From the NCBI GenBank assembly GCA_016208615.1, contig JACQXS010000003.1, forward strand, positions 5,675 through 69,674: 64,000 nucleotides of DNA, given 5' to 3'. Within the stretch, counting starts at the first letter, position 1. Each line of letters opens with the position of its first letter. Below are positions 1 to 8,739 of this stretch, piece by piece. The position numbers and the translations under genes were made by a program. The stretch comes from Candidatus Stahliibacteriota bacterium (GTDB lineage: Bacteria; Hydrothermota; UBA3073; JACQXS01). The notes under the pieces were generated by a model. The model was not told the DNA's origin, ran no database searches, and worked only from the letters and a program-made list of their open reading frames with translations.

Positions 1-662
1 GGTATATATCTCCATAACTTTTTAAATACAGGAGAGGTATCCCCTCCTGTACGAATCTTATCGTATGCAGTTACCTTTTCAGACCCTGACATACCAATAA
101 TTCTTACATCACTAAATCGTTGTAGTAATAGCTCTCTTAAAGATATTTCATCAAATTCTCTTATATGTTCAGGATTCCAAGGTTTCCCATCCACTCCTCT
201 TGCTAAACGATTTGGAGTAGTTAAAATCAGCATACCTTCGTCTGATAGCAAGTAATGTGCTATTTGTAAAAATTCTAATGGCTCTTTAATATGCTCTATA
301 AACTCTCGAGCAATAATTACATCAAAATAGGCAGTGGGGAATTTATGTTTCAAGTTAAACGCATCTATTAATAAAAACTCTAAATTATCTTTTTGATAAA
401 GATTGCTCGCTGTCTCTACTACCTTTTTTGAAAGATCAATGCCTATTGCTTGTTTAGCCTTCCAACTCATAAGATAAGAGCCATATCCATATCCGCATCC
501 AATATCCAATACGGTTTTACTTTCAACATAATTTAAAAAGTATTTGTAAGATTTTATGCCACCTAAGAAAAAGAATTCACCAAAATTCGGAGGATTAGGA
601 ACTGAAATCCCAATCTCATCTATAGTAATACAATTCTGTGATTGTGTTATTTTATTAAGCAT
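1..662 (-). CDS. class I SAM-dependent methyltransferase (C-terminal end runs off the window)
   Basis: Own minus-strand translation from ATG at 662-660: MLNKITQSQN...KTVLDIGCGYGYGSYLMSW (GxGxG SAM motif) ...FDVIIAREFIEHI...MLILTTPN. The frame stays open to position 1, so it is absent from the ORF track. Confidence 0.75.
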   Translation of the reverse strand, partial: MLNKITQSQNCITIDEIGISVPNPPNFGEFFFLGGIKSYKYFLNYVESKTVLDIGCGYGYGSYLMSWKAKQAIGIDLSKKVVETASNLYQKDNLEFLLIDAFNLKHKFPTAYFDVIIAREFIEHIKEPLEFLQIAHYLLSDEGMLILTTPNRLARGVDGKPWNPEHIREFDEISLRELLLQRFSDVRIIGMSGSEKVTAYDKIRTGGDTSPVFKKLWRYI

Positions 663-1879
663 AATTTTTTAGTTACTGTATAATTATCCATTTGTAATTT
701 ACAGAAGTAGATACCTGCTTTTGCACGCTTCCCATTATTATCAGTTCCATCCCATACCACTTTGTGGAAATCACAATTCCCACTTGTCCCGACACGAAAC
801 GGGTCGGGAATTCCCAAATCCCAAGACCTGACAAGTCTGCCTGATAGATCAAAAATCGTCAGAGAGACCAGAGACTGAAGACCAGAGACTGAAGACTCTG
901 CTTTTAATCCTAAGTCTTTAGTCTCAAGCCATATGTCTATAGTCGTGCTTTTAGTGAATGGATTTGGATATATTTCTAATTGTGATTTTTGTGTTTCAAT
1001 CTTTGAATTTTCCTCTACCCCTGAAGGGCCATCTGCATCTATATCTATTAATTCAGGGTAAAAACATTGGTGTGCATCAGGAGTACACCATCCGGACCTC
1101 TGTGTCCATACTGGATTAGTTATAGTTCCTGTATTTTCATGAGAAGTTGCCCAACCCGAGCCGCCACCTATTATATCTACATCTTTATCTCCATCTAAAT
1201 CACCCAATGACAGTTCGTCCGGTTCAGGCAAGGGAACCCATACTGGTTTTTCCTGCCAGACTGGATTAGTAGAGGAGCCAATATTTTCAAAAGCTTTAAC
1301 TTGACAGCTATTCCATAGCCTGACCATAAGATCATAGTCCCCATCGTTATCTAAATCCGCATAAGAATGCCCAAGATTATCCTCATTAATGTATATATCC
1401 CATGCGGGTACTCTTTTCCAAGCACAATTAGCAGTGTCTTTATAAAACTTAATAGTATCATGCTTTGTAGCACTTAATTCGCATTTGCCATCACCATCTA
1501 TATCTACAAATTTAGCCCAAAATATTTCATCCATATCAGGGGGATTAAAATCCCACTCTGACTTCCTTTGCCAGATAGGAACGGTATCACATCCTATATT
1601 CTCAAATGCTGTTATAAAGTCACTGGCCCCATCAGTAACATATGCATCATAGTCTCCATCATTATCCAGGTCGCAGAAACTTGCGTGAATATAGGTGCTA
1701 TCCGGATAATGAACAATATCCCATGCTACCTCTCTTTGCCATACTCCCGCAGTGCCAGTATTTATCCAGCATTTGCAGCCCATAAACACATCTAAATCAG
1801 CATACAAAGTCCCAGATATAGTTATTATTATAGCAAAAACCCATACCTTATAATAGTTTTTTCTTTTAGTTTTTAGCAC
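647..1879 (-). CDS. secreted FG-GAP/VCBS-repeat protein with T9SS-type C-terminal domain
   Basis: Signal-like N-terminus (VWVFAIIITISGTLYA). Repeated Ca-binding-like motifs (DLDNDGDYD x2, DIDGDGKCE, DLDGDKDVD, DIDADG). C-terminus YPNPF...VVWDGTDNNGKRAKAGIYFCKL is typical of T9SS sorting domains. Confidence 0.8.
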   Translation of the reverse strand: MLKTKRKNYYKVWVFAIIITISGTLYADLDVFMGCKCWINTGTAGVWQREVAWDIVHYPDSTYIHASFCDLDNDGDYDAYVTDGASDFITAFENIGCDTVPIWQRKSEWDFNPPDMDEIFWAKFVDIDGDGKCELSATKHDTIKFYKDTANCAWKRVPAWDIYINEDNLGHSYADLDNDGDYDLMVRLWNSCQVKAFENIGSSTNPVWQEKPVWVPLPEPDELSLGDLDGDKDVDIIGGGSGWATSHENTGTITNPVWTQRSGWCTPDAHQCFYPELIDIDADGPSGVEENSKIETQKSQLEIYPNPFTKSTTIDIWLETKDLGLKAESSVSGLQSLVSLTIFDLSGRLVRSWDLGIPDPFRVGTSGNCDFHKVVWDGTDNNGKRAKAGIYFCKLQMDNYTVTKKLCLIK

Positions 1880-1954
1880 TTGGAATAAATATACTCATTA
1901 TTTCTATCTTGTCAACTATAATTTTTTCTTGTTAGATAGTATAAAATTAGATGC

Positions 1955-1982
1955 TTGACATTTAATAAGTTTGACCTATTAT
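1955..1982 (+). promoter_or_regulatory. sigma70-like promoter upstream of wecB
   Basis: TTGACA (1955-1960), 16-nt spacer, TATTAT (1977-1982). It lies inside the TTG-extended ORF, which argues for the ATG at 2004 as the true wecB start. Confidence 0.4.
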
Positions 1983-2003
1983 CAAGATTGTGTGTTATCT
2001 AAT

Positions 2004-3233
2004 ATGAAAAGACTAAAAACTTTCCTTGTGAGTGGTGCGAGGCCTAATTTTATGAAAATCGCCCCCCTATTGAAGGAAATGAAAAGGTATGCGGATTATT
2101 TTGACCCTCTCATTATTCATACGGGCCAGCATTACGATTATGCACTTTCGGAAGTTTTCTTTAAGGATTTAGAACTCCCTTCGCCGGACATATATTTAGG
2201 AATAGGTTCCGGCACTCATAGTGAACAGACAGGCAAAATAATGATAGAGTTTGAAAAACTACTACTTAAAGATACGCCTGATTTAGTAGTAGTGGTAGGG
2301 GATGTAAATTCTACGATTGCTTGTGCTTTGGCGACTATCAAATACCGCTGTACTATTAAGGGCAGTAGGAACACCCCCCCGCCCTTAAAAACCCTACTCC
2401 CCCGAGATGTAAAATCTACTATTAACTCTTTGGACTATCCTCTCATTGTTCATATAGAGGCAGGATTAAGGAGTTTTGACCGCACTATGCCAGAGGAGGT
2501 TAATAGAGTGTTGACGGATGCAATTTCTGATATGCTATTTACTCCTTCACCGGATGCAGATGAAAATTTATTAAAAGAAGGCATAGCAAAAGAAAAAATA
2601 TACTTAGTAGGCGATATTATGGTAGATAGCTTATTGGCAAACAAAGATAACGCCCAAAAGTCTGATATCTTAAACCGACTTGGCTTAAAAGAGTATGCAG
2701 TTTTAACTCTACATCGTCCGAGTAATGTAGATGCCAAAGATACCTTATTAAAACTCCTCACCCCGCTAAAAGAAGTAGCACAAAAGATTCCTATCGTTTA
2801 TCCGGCACATCCGCGGACACACAAAAAAATAATTGAATTTGGGCTATCGGATTATTTTATAAAATGGAATGGTGACCCAATTAGCCAGAACGGCTTATAT
2901 CTACTTGAGCCACTCGGATATTTAGACTTCTTATCCCTTGAAATGAGAGCTTCCTTTGTGCTTACTGATTCAGGCGGAATACAAGAGGAGACCACAGTTT
3001 TAGATATACCTTGTTTAACTTTACGCAATACTACTGAGCGACCCATTACTGTTACACTTGGCACGAATATATTAGTCTGGAATGATTACAAGAGTATTAT
3101 ATTAGAGGCGGATAAAATTTTGACCGGCGAGCGTAAGCGGTATCAGGGATATAAATTATGGGACGGTAAGACTGCCCAAAGAATAGTGAAAATTATGCTT
3201 GAGCAACTAATACCGATAACCGAACACCGATAA
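2004..3233 (+). CDS. wecB: UDP-N-acetylglucosamine 2-epimerase (non-hydrolysing)
   Basis: MKRLKTFLVSGARPNFMKIAPL, HTGQHYDY, VVVGDVNST, HIEAGLRSFD and LTDSGGIQEE match WecB/MnaA hallmarks. It carries an extra ~30-aa insert before HIEAGLRS. Confidence 0.9.
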   Translation: MKRLKTFLVSGARPNFMKIAPLLKEMKRYADYFDPLIIHTGQHYDYALSEVFFKDLELPSPDIYLGIGSGTHSEQTGKIMIEFEKLLLKDTPDLVVVVGDVNSTIACALATIKYRCTIKGSRNTPPPLKTLLPRDVKSTINSLDYPLIVHIEAGLRSFDRTMPEEVNRVLTDAISDMLFTPSPDADENLLKEGIAKEKIYLVGDIMVDSLLANKDNAQKSDILNRLGLKEYAVLTLHRPSNVDAKDTLLKLLTPLKEVAQKIPIVYPAHPRTHKKIIEFGLSDYFIKWNGDPISQNGLYLLEPLGYLDFLSLEMRASFVLTDSGGIQEETTVLDIPCLTLRNTTERPITVTLGTNILVWNDYKSIILEADKILTGERKRYQGYKLWDGKTAQRIVKIMLEQLIPITEHR

Positions 3234-3240
3234 CCGAACT

Positions 3241-4224
3241 ATGAGAACAGCAGTTATAGCTATAGGAGGGAATGCTATCCTACATCCTGAACAAAAAGGG
3301 ACCAAAGAAGAGCATTATGCAAATCTACAAATTACTTGTTCACATTTAGCTCTCCTTATACGAGAAGGGTATGATATAGTACTTACACATGGTAATGGAC
3401 CACAAATCGGTAATATTGTGCTACAAAATGAACTTACGAGCAATAATGTTCCGCCAATGCCATTAGATGTATGTGTTGCAGAAAGTCAGGGTGAGATGGG
3501 CTATTTTTTACAACAAGTATTGACAAATAAATTAAGAGAAATGGGAATAGATAAACAAGTAGTCTCAATGATTACACAGGTAGTAGTGAATAAAGATGAC
3601 AAGGCATTCAAAAATCCTACAAAACCTATAGGTCATTACTATACAAAAGATGAAGCCCTACGACTTATGGAAGAAAGGAAATGGCAAATGGTAGAAGATA
3701 TTTCGCGTGGTGGATGGCGAAGAGTAGTACCTTCACCCAAACCCATAGATATTGTGGAAAAAGAAGCTATTATGCGACTTATATTTAGTAGTAAAAGCTC
3801 TCCAATAGTAGTTATAGCTTCTGGTGGCGGCGGTATTCCTGTAATCCAGACTGAAAATGGATACAAAGGGGTAGAGGCAGTTATAGATAAAGATTTAGCT
3901 GCAAGTATATTAGCAACAAGTATTGAGGAGGAATTATTTATTATGCTTACCGATGTACCAAAGGTAGCATTAAATTTTAATACCCCTCAACAAGTTGAGT
4001 TAGATAAGATGACACTTTTAGAGGCAAAAGAATATTTATCACAAGGTCATTTCCCGCCAGGAAGTATGGGTCCCAAGATAGAAGCTGCTATATTATTTTT
4101 GGAACACGGAGGCAAGGAAGTAATTATAACTACTCCTGACAATCTATTAAAAGCAATGCAGGGAAAAGCAGGAACCTATATAGTTAAATCCCAAAATCCA
4201 AATCCTAAACAAATACCATTCTGA
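3241..4224 (+). CDS. arcC: carbamate kinase
   Basis: MRTAVIAIGGNAIL...VLTHGNGPQIGN...PMPLDVCVAESQGEMGY...ASGGGGIPV is the classical carbamate kinase signature (amino-acid kinase fold). Confidence 0.9.
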   Translation: MRTAVIAIGGNAILHPEQKGTKEEHYANLQITCSHLALLIREGYDIVLTHGNGPQIGNIVLQNELTSNNVPPMPLDVCVAESQGEMGYFLQQVLTNKLREMGIDKQVVSMITQVVVNKDDKAFKNPTKPIGHYYTKDEALRLMEERKWQMVEDISRGGWRRVVPSPKPIDIVEKEAIMRLIFSSKSSPIVVIASGGGGIPVIQTENGYKGVEAVIDKDLAASILATSIEEELFIMLTDVPKVALNFNTPQQVELDKMTLLEAKEYLSQGHFPPGSMGPKIEAAILFLEHGGKEVIITTPDNLLKAMQGKAGTYIVKSQNPNPKQIPF

Positions 4225-4369
4225 TAGGGTAGGTAAAGCTTTTATGCCTTGCCATATAAGAGCAAAAATTGATTTGATGGGGCATAAAAGCCCCCATCTA
4301 CCTTGCAGATAAAGTAGATATGCTTGGACATAGACTTATACATCTCAAAAAAACAGACTTAAAATAAAC

Positions 4370-4485
4370 CCCCGGCAGCACCTACTCTCCCGTGCCGTTA
4401 CCAGCAGAGTACCATCGGCCTCTGAGGCTTAACTACCGTATTCGAAATGGGAACGGGTGTTACCCACAGAGAATAGCTGCCAGGG
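4370..4485 (-). rRNA. rrf: 5S ribosomal RNA
   Basis: Reverse complement reads CCCTGGCAGC...CCCGTTCCCATTTCGAATACGGTAGTTAAGCC...GGCCGATGGTACT...GGGAGAGTAGGTGCTGCCGGGG. Helix I pairs 5' CCCUGGCAGC with 3' GCUGCCGGGG. Conserved CCGAA/GTAGT/GATGGTA/AGAGTAGG blocks are present. Confidence 0.9.
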
Positions 4486-4486
4486 A

Positions 4487-4921
4487 CTATTTATCATTCT
4501 TTTTTACTATTTTACTTATTTTATCTATGATTAACTTAGCACTATCCGTGCCTTCTTTTATTACTTTAACACTTATTGCACCACGATAATAGCCTAATAT
4601 GTGTAAATTTTCATATGCTGTATCTAATGCAGATTTTATTTTCCCATCGTGTACCATATGTTTGTTCAATGCTTCCCAATATCCTTCTATTGATCTTGGC
4701 AGAGCACGGCGTTCTACTCCTCTTGACACCAAATACCCGTCTATCGCCACTAATGATGCTAAATAAATAATAGCACTCGCTTCTCTGACGGGTTTTTTAT
4801 CCATATATCTCTTATATTCTATTTTGGCATCTTTTAATCTATCCAACCCATTATTGTAATATCTATATGCTTCAACAATAAACTCATCTATACTACCCAA
4901 CTTATTGCGATTTATTCTCAT
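4487..4921 (-). CDS. helical PaREP1/HEPN-like (DUF5618-like) hypothetical protein
   Basis: 144 aa, all-helical character. The motif ...AYENLHILGYYRG... resembles the PaREP1-type ...NNLHRNFYEE... of ORF 8951-9325. Family assignment is from memory only. Its stop codon directly abuts the 5S rRNA 5' end. Confidence 0.35.
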   Translation of the reverse strand: MRINRNKLGSIDEFIVEAYRYYNNGLDRLKDAKIEYKRYMDKKPVREASAIIYLASLVAIDGYLVSRGVERRALPRSIEGYWEALNKHMVHDGKIKSALDTAYENLHILGYYRGAISVKVIKEGTDSAKLIIDKISKIVKKNDK

Positions 4922-4927
4922 CTTTTT

Positions 4928-4956
4928 TTATTAATAGGGATTTGTAGTTCTGTCAA
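4928..4956 (-). promoter_or_regulatory. sigma70-like promoter positioned for a leaderless transcript of ORF 4487-4921 (and possibly the 5S rRNA)
   Basis: Minus strand reads TTGACA (4956-4951), 17 nt, TAATAA (4933-4928), 6 nt, then ATG (4921). Confidence 0.45.
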
Positions 4957-4980
4957 GATATTTTATCATCACATTCTTCA

Positions 4981-5628
4981 TTATTTTTTTCCCTTTCCTT
5001 TTTCTTTCTTTTCTTCTGGTTCTATTTTCTTTTCTTCTGTTTTCACTTCTTCTACTTTTTCTTCTGTTACAGTGGGTGCTTTTTCTTCCACTTTTTCCTC
5101 TACTATTTTAGGTGCAAAAACTGTAACAATAGTTGCTTCCATAGAGGTAATAAACCTACCTTTTATTTGTGCTAAATCCTTCAAATGTATAGAGTCGCCT
5201 AAATTAAGCATAGAGACATCAACTTTAATTTCTGCAGGTATATCATTTGGCAAACATTCAAGCTCAACTTCTGACATTATTTGTTCCAATATACCATTCT
5301 TTTTAACAATAGATTCGGCTCCCTCAATAACTATTGGTACTTTTACCTTAACCTTTTCTCCGCGATGTAGTTTTTGAAAATCAATATGTATAACTTTGGA
5401 AGTAGTCGGCTTAATTTGTATTTCTTTGATTAACACATCTATCGGTTTGTCAAGCTCAAGAGTTAAGTGTTCACCTCTTTTCAACAAATTAGCTGTCTTT
5501 GCATCAATCTGAATCAGATTACACTCTTCGCCTCGTCCATATATTATAGCGGGCACCTTACCTTCGGCGCGCACTTTTCTTACGCCGCCTGTCCCTTTTT
5601 TACACCTAATTTCAGCAGTTAATTTCAT
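4981..5628 (-). CDS. rplY: 50S ribosomal protein L25/general stress protein Ctc
   Basis: MKLTAEIRCKKGTGGVRKVRAEGKVPAIIYGRGEE... is a typical L25/Ctc N-terminal domain, followed by a second beta domain and an E/K-rich tail. Confidence 0.9.
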   Translation of the reverse strand: MKLTAEIRCKKGTGGVRKVRAEGKVPAIIYGRGEECNLIQIDAKTANLLKRGEHLTLELDKPIDVLIKEIQIKPTTSKVIHIDFQKLHRGEKVKVKVPIVIEGAESIVKKNGILEQIMSEVELECLPNDIPAEIKVDVSMLNLGDSIHLKDLAQIKGRFITSMEATIVTVFAPKIVEEKVEEKAPTVTEEKVEEVKTEEKKIEPEEKKEKGKGKK

Positions 5629-5639
5629 AATAGATTTTA

Positions 5640-5668
5640 ATTATAAACACGATTATTTTCATTGTCAA
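5640..5668 (-). promoter_or_regulatory. consensus sigma70 promoter of rplY
   Basis: Minus strand reads TTGACA (5668-5663), 17 nt, TATAAT (5645-5640), with the ATG 11 nt further downstream. This gives a very short or absent 5' UTR. Confidence 0.55.
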
Positions 5669-5688
5669 GTTTTTTTATGCTTCTGTGA

Positions 5689-6630
5689 TTAAATAAGCAA
5701 TGAACTAATTGATTCGCTTCTATGAATTTGTAAAATTGCCTTCCCAAGCAAATTAGATACAGATAGCACCTCTATCTTTGAAGAGGTTAAACCTCTTGCA
5801 CATTTAAGCGGAATAGTATCTGTCACGAACATCTTCGAGAGAAGCGATTTCTCTATCTTTTCATAAGCCGTATCTGCAAGTACAGGATGAGTACAATAGC
5901 AATAAATCCTATTGGCGCCATCCTGTTTTAACGCAACAGTAGCGTTCACAATAGTTCCACCTGTACTTATTATATCATCAACAATGAGTACATCTTTACC
6001 ATTTGCCTCGCCTACTACCTTTGTTACATACGCTTGGTCAGGTGCAGGTCGCCGCTTATTTATAATCCCAATTTGCAAATCACCCATCCGCCGCGCTATT
6101 CCTTCAGCTCGTTTCGCTCCACCTACATCAGGTGCCACGATAATTAAATTATCTATCCCTATTTCCTTAAAATGTTCAACAATAACTGGCGTAGCATACA
6201 AGTGGTCAACCGGTATATCAAAAAATCCCTGTATCTGGTCGGCGTGCAAATCCAATGTCACTACTCTATCAGCACCCGCTGTAGCTATAAGATTAGCTAC
6301 CAGTTTGGCAGAAATAGGGACACGAGGCTCATTCTTTTTGTCCTGCCGTGAATAGCCAAAATATGGAATAACAGCAGTTATCCTTCCCGCGGAAGCCCTA
6401 TGTGCCGCATCTATCATCAATAATAGTTCAAATAAATTTTCCGCCGGCGGATAGGTGGATTGGACTATAAAGACATCTACACCCCTAACATTTTCTCCAA
6501 GCTTTACTTGTACCTCACCATCTACAAATTTATTTACAGTTGCTTGGGATAATGGCATATCCAAGTACTCACATATCCTTTTGGCTAATACAGGAATTGA
6601 ATTACCCGTAAATACCTTTAATTCATTCAT
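5689..6630 (-). CDS. prs: ribose-phosphate pyrophosphokinase
   Basis: Full-length Prs pattern: FSGNSIP-like N-terminus, YFGYSRQDKK, DLHADQIQGFF, VAPDVGG and DDIISTGGT (PRPP-binding loop). Confidence 0.92.
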   Translation of the reverse strand: MNELKVFTGNSIPVLAKRICEYLDMPLSQATVNKFVDGEVQVKLGENVRGVDVFIVQSTYPPAENLFELLLMIDAAHRASAGRITAVIPYFGYSRQDKKNEPRVPISAKLVANLIATAGADRVVTLDLHADQIQGFFDIPVDHLYATPVIVEHFKEIGIDNLIIVAPDVGGAKRAEGIARRMGDLQIGIINKRRPAPDQAYVTKVVGEANGKDVLIVDDIISTGGTIVNATVALKQDGANRIYCYCTHPVLADTAYEKIEKSLLSKMFVTDTIPLKCARGLTSSKIEVLSVSNLLGKAILQIHRSESISSLLI

Positions 6631-6775
6631 CTACACCTCCTCGTATGAAACTGTTTGCACTCATCCTAATAGATATTTGTCCATCGGGACAATTTGCAGA
6701 AATATAAAATAGTCTTATTTCATCACCTTTTGATACCTTCACAATATGTTTAATTGTTTTCATAATGTTATTCAT
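6623..6775 (-). CDS. possible small ORF (50 aa) overlapping the prs start
   Basis: Own translation: MNNIMKTIKHIVKVSKGDEIRLFYISANCPDGQISIRMSANSFIRGGVDE. Its TGA overlaps the prs ATGAATGAA start. No recognisable family, and it is too short for the ORF track. Confidence 0.2.
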   Translation of the reverse strand: MNNIMKTIKHIVKVSKGDEIRLFYISANCPDGQISIRMSANSFIRGGVDE

Positions 6776-6841
6776 CCTTAATTTGCATTACGCCTAACAG
6801 TTGTTAGACGAAGGAACGGGCGATAATTCTAGCTAAGTTAT

Positions 6842-7153
6842 TTATAACTCCCATTCTTCACGAAATACTTTATTAAATTCGCGAGCAGCACGGATAACCG
6901 CAACTACTTCAACATTGTCCTCTTCTATAATTCTGTAAACAATCCTGTATTTTTGGTAAATGACTTCTCTAAATCTATAAGCTTCAAGTTCAGGCACAAT
7001 ACGACCACATTGTGGCATTGTCTCAAGTTTTTGGGTTGCTTTGATGAGAGACTTAATGAAACGAGTTGCATATATTTTAGAATCTTTGGCAATATATTCA
7101 TATATTGCTTGCAAATGATTGCTTGCTTTTTCTGTCCACTTTATTTTGCCCAT
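6842..7153 (-). CDS. type II toxin, RelE/ParE family
   Basis: 103 aa. WTEKASNHLQAIYEYIAKDS...A..F...I......L...P..GR...E......REVIYQKYRIVYRI..DNVEVVAVIRAAR is the ParE/RelE plasmid-stabilisation pattern. It overlaps the upstream antitoxin ORF by 13 nt. Confidence 0.8.
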   Translation of the reverse strand: MGKIKWTEKASNHLQAIYEYIAKDSKIYATRFIKSLIKATQKLETMPQCGRIVPELEAYRFREVIYQKYRIVYRIIEEDNVEVVAVIRAAREFNKVFREEWEL

Positions 7154-7329
7154 TTTCCAACCCTTTCAAGAAGTTCTTCCGTACTTAATACCCTTCCTTC
7201 TTCCGCATCTTTAAGTCCTTCGAGAACCTGAGCAACAAAGTCTATTTCGTACATTATATCTTCAATAGAACATCCATCGGGCAATTGTTTCATAGTTTCA
7301 ATAACGACTTCTTTTATTGTACCCATCAA
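7141..7329 (-). CDS. antitoxin partner of the ParE/RelE toxin
   Basis: 62 aa acidic protein (..IEDIMYEIDFVAQVLEGLKDAEEGRVLSTEELLERVGKW) encoded immediately upstream of, and overlapping, the toxin gene. This is a typical addiction-module layout. Confidence 0.7.
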   Translation of the reverse strand: MMGTIKEVVIETMKQLPDGCSIEDIMYEIDFVAQVLEGLKDAEEGRVLSTEELLERVGKWAK

Positions 7330-7350
7330 GCACCTCCTGTTATATATCTA

Positions 7351-7424
7351 TGGCTCAGGGGGATGGACTTGAACCACCATTCTTGGCTCCAAAGGCCAGT
7401 GTCCTACCATTAGACGACCCCCGA
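7351..7424 (-). tRNA. tRNA-Gln (anticodon UUG)
   Basis: Reverse complement TCGGGGGTCGTCTAATGGTAGGACACTGGCCTTTGGAGCCAAGAATGGTGGTTCAAGTCCATCCCCCTGAGCCA folds as a cloverleaf. The anticodon loop is CTTTGGA, the T-loop is TTCAAGT, and CCA is encoded. Confidence 0.85.
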
Positions 7425-7439
7425 ACCCATTCATTCCAT

Positions 7440-8264
7440 TCAGGGTGAACTCACAATTCTCACTTTATACTGCGGAAATAAGAGTTCCAGATTATCTATT
7501 TTTTCAAATATCCCATAAATGCAGCTTCCACTACCAGATACCGAAGCTCCCAAAGCTCCTAAATCTAATAACTTTTCCTTTATCTGTTTCAACTCAGGAT
7601 ACTTTTCAAACACCACTAATTCAAAATCATTATGCAGTGTGCAAGCCAATTCCCTAATATCACCCATTTTAAAACACTGCTCTAATATCTTAAAATCCCA
7701 CTTCTCTTTTGTCAAGTAATTTCCTATTTTACTATAAGCCCACTCAGTAGAAATAGGGAAATTGGGATATACTAAAGCAACCCATATTGGCTTTGGTAAA
7801 TGGGGCAGTGGGGTTATGATTTCACCCCGTCCTTCTACAAGAGCCGGCACTCCTCTAATAAAAAATGGCACATCGGACCCAATTTTTAGTCCCAATGCCA
7901 ACAATTCTTCCTGCTTCAATGGATAATCAAAAAGTTCATTCATTCCCAATAATATTTGTGCGGCACAAGAACTACCACCCCCAAGACCTGCACCTATCCA
8001 AATATGTTTTTCAAGTCCTATCTTTATTCCAGATTTAATATGCGTCTCTGCAAAAAAAAGTTCAGCCGATTTGACACATAAATTATCTCTTCCATATGGG
8101 GGTAAATTTGATGTAAATTCAACCCCAGCACTACATAGAGCAAGTTTTATGGAATCATAAAAATCAATAGGTAAAAAGATACTTTGTATATTGTGATATC
8201 CATCCGCTCTTTTGCCTATAATTTTAAGTCCTAAATTTACCTTAGCGTAAGCTTTTAACTGCAT
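7440..8264 (-). CDS. ispE: 4-(cytidine 5'-diphospho)-2-C-methyl-D-erythritol kinase
   Basis: [30 protein letters not shown] and [10 protein letters not shown] (GHMP kinase motif) are typical of IspE. Confidence 0.88.
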   Translation of the reverse strand: MQLKAYAKVNLGLKIIGKRADGYHNIQSIFLPIDFYDSIKLALCSAGVEFTSNLPPYGRDNLCVKSAELFFAETHIKSGIKIGLEKHIWIGAGLGGGSSCAAQILLGMNELFDYPLKQEELLALGLKIGSDVPFFIRGVPALVEGRGEIITPLPHLPKPIWVALVYPNFPISTEWAYSKIGNYLTKEKWDFKILEQCFKMGDIRELACTLHNDFELVVFEKYPELKQIKEKLLDLGALGASVSGSGSCIYGIFEKIDNLELLFPQYKVRIVSSP

Positions 8265-8638
8265 ATAGCAATGGCGTCAATTTCTATTTTCACATCTTTT
8301 GGTAATCTTGCTACTTCTACTGTGGAGCGGGCAGGTGGATTTTGCTTAAAATACTCACCGTACACTTCATTAAAGCTTTCAAAATCTGCTATGTCTTTTA
8401 AGTAGACCGTAGTTTTGACTACTTGATTTAAATCTAATCCCCCTGCTTCTAATACTGCTTTCAAATTCTCTATCACCTGCCGCGTCTGTGCTACTATATC
8501 ATTACTAACGACTTTGCCACTATCAGGGTCAATAGGTATCTGACCTGATGTAATTACTAAGCCGTTAATTTTTATTCCCTGACTATAAGGACCGATTGCC
8601 TTAGGTGCTTTATTTGTAGCTATATTTACTCTTTTCAT
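8255..8638 (-). CDS. ridA: RidA family reactive-intermediate (enamine/imine) deaminase
   Basis: [28 protein letters not shown]...[18 protein letters not shown]....[23 protein letters not shown]. The start is set at the internal ATG (8638), which is preceded by GAGGAGG. Confidence 0.9.
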   Translation of the reverse strand: MKRVNIATNKAPKAIGPYSQGIKINGLVITSGQIPIDPDSGKVVSNDIVAQTRQVIENLKAVLEAGGLDLNQVVKTTVYLKDIADFESFNEVYGEYFKQNPPARSTVEVARLPKDVKIEIDAIAICS

Positions 8639-8739
8639 AATTTCCTCCTCTATCTCGTATAACATACTCCAAAACTAATGCAAGAAAAAACTTGCATTCC
8701 TAAAAATAGATATTAAATTAAATCAAGGAGGTAAGAGAA

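Noticed and set aside
4487-4980. Possible 23S rRNA 3' end upstream of the 5S gene
   Set aside because: The sequence upstream of the 5S is a clean 144-codon ORF with its own promoter-like signal. No conserved 23S helices (e.g. GTTGATAGG.. or CTTAACCTT-type 3' blocks) were recognisable.
6842-7424. Integrative element or prophage remnant at tRNA-Gln
   Set aside because: Only a two-gene TA pair is present. No integrase, no phage genes and no duplicated tRNA 3' fragment were found by eye. It is reported only as a minor TA insertion.
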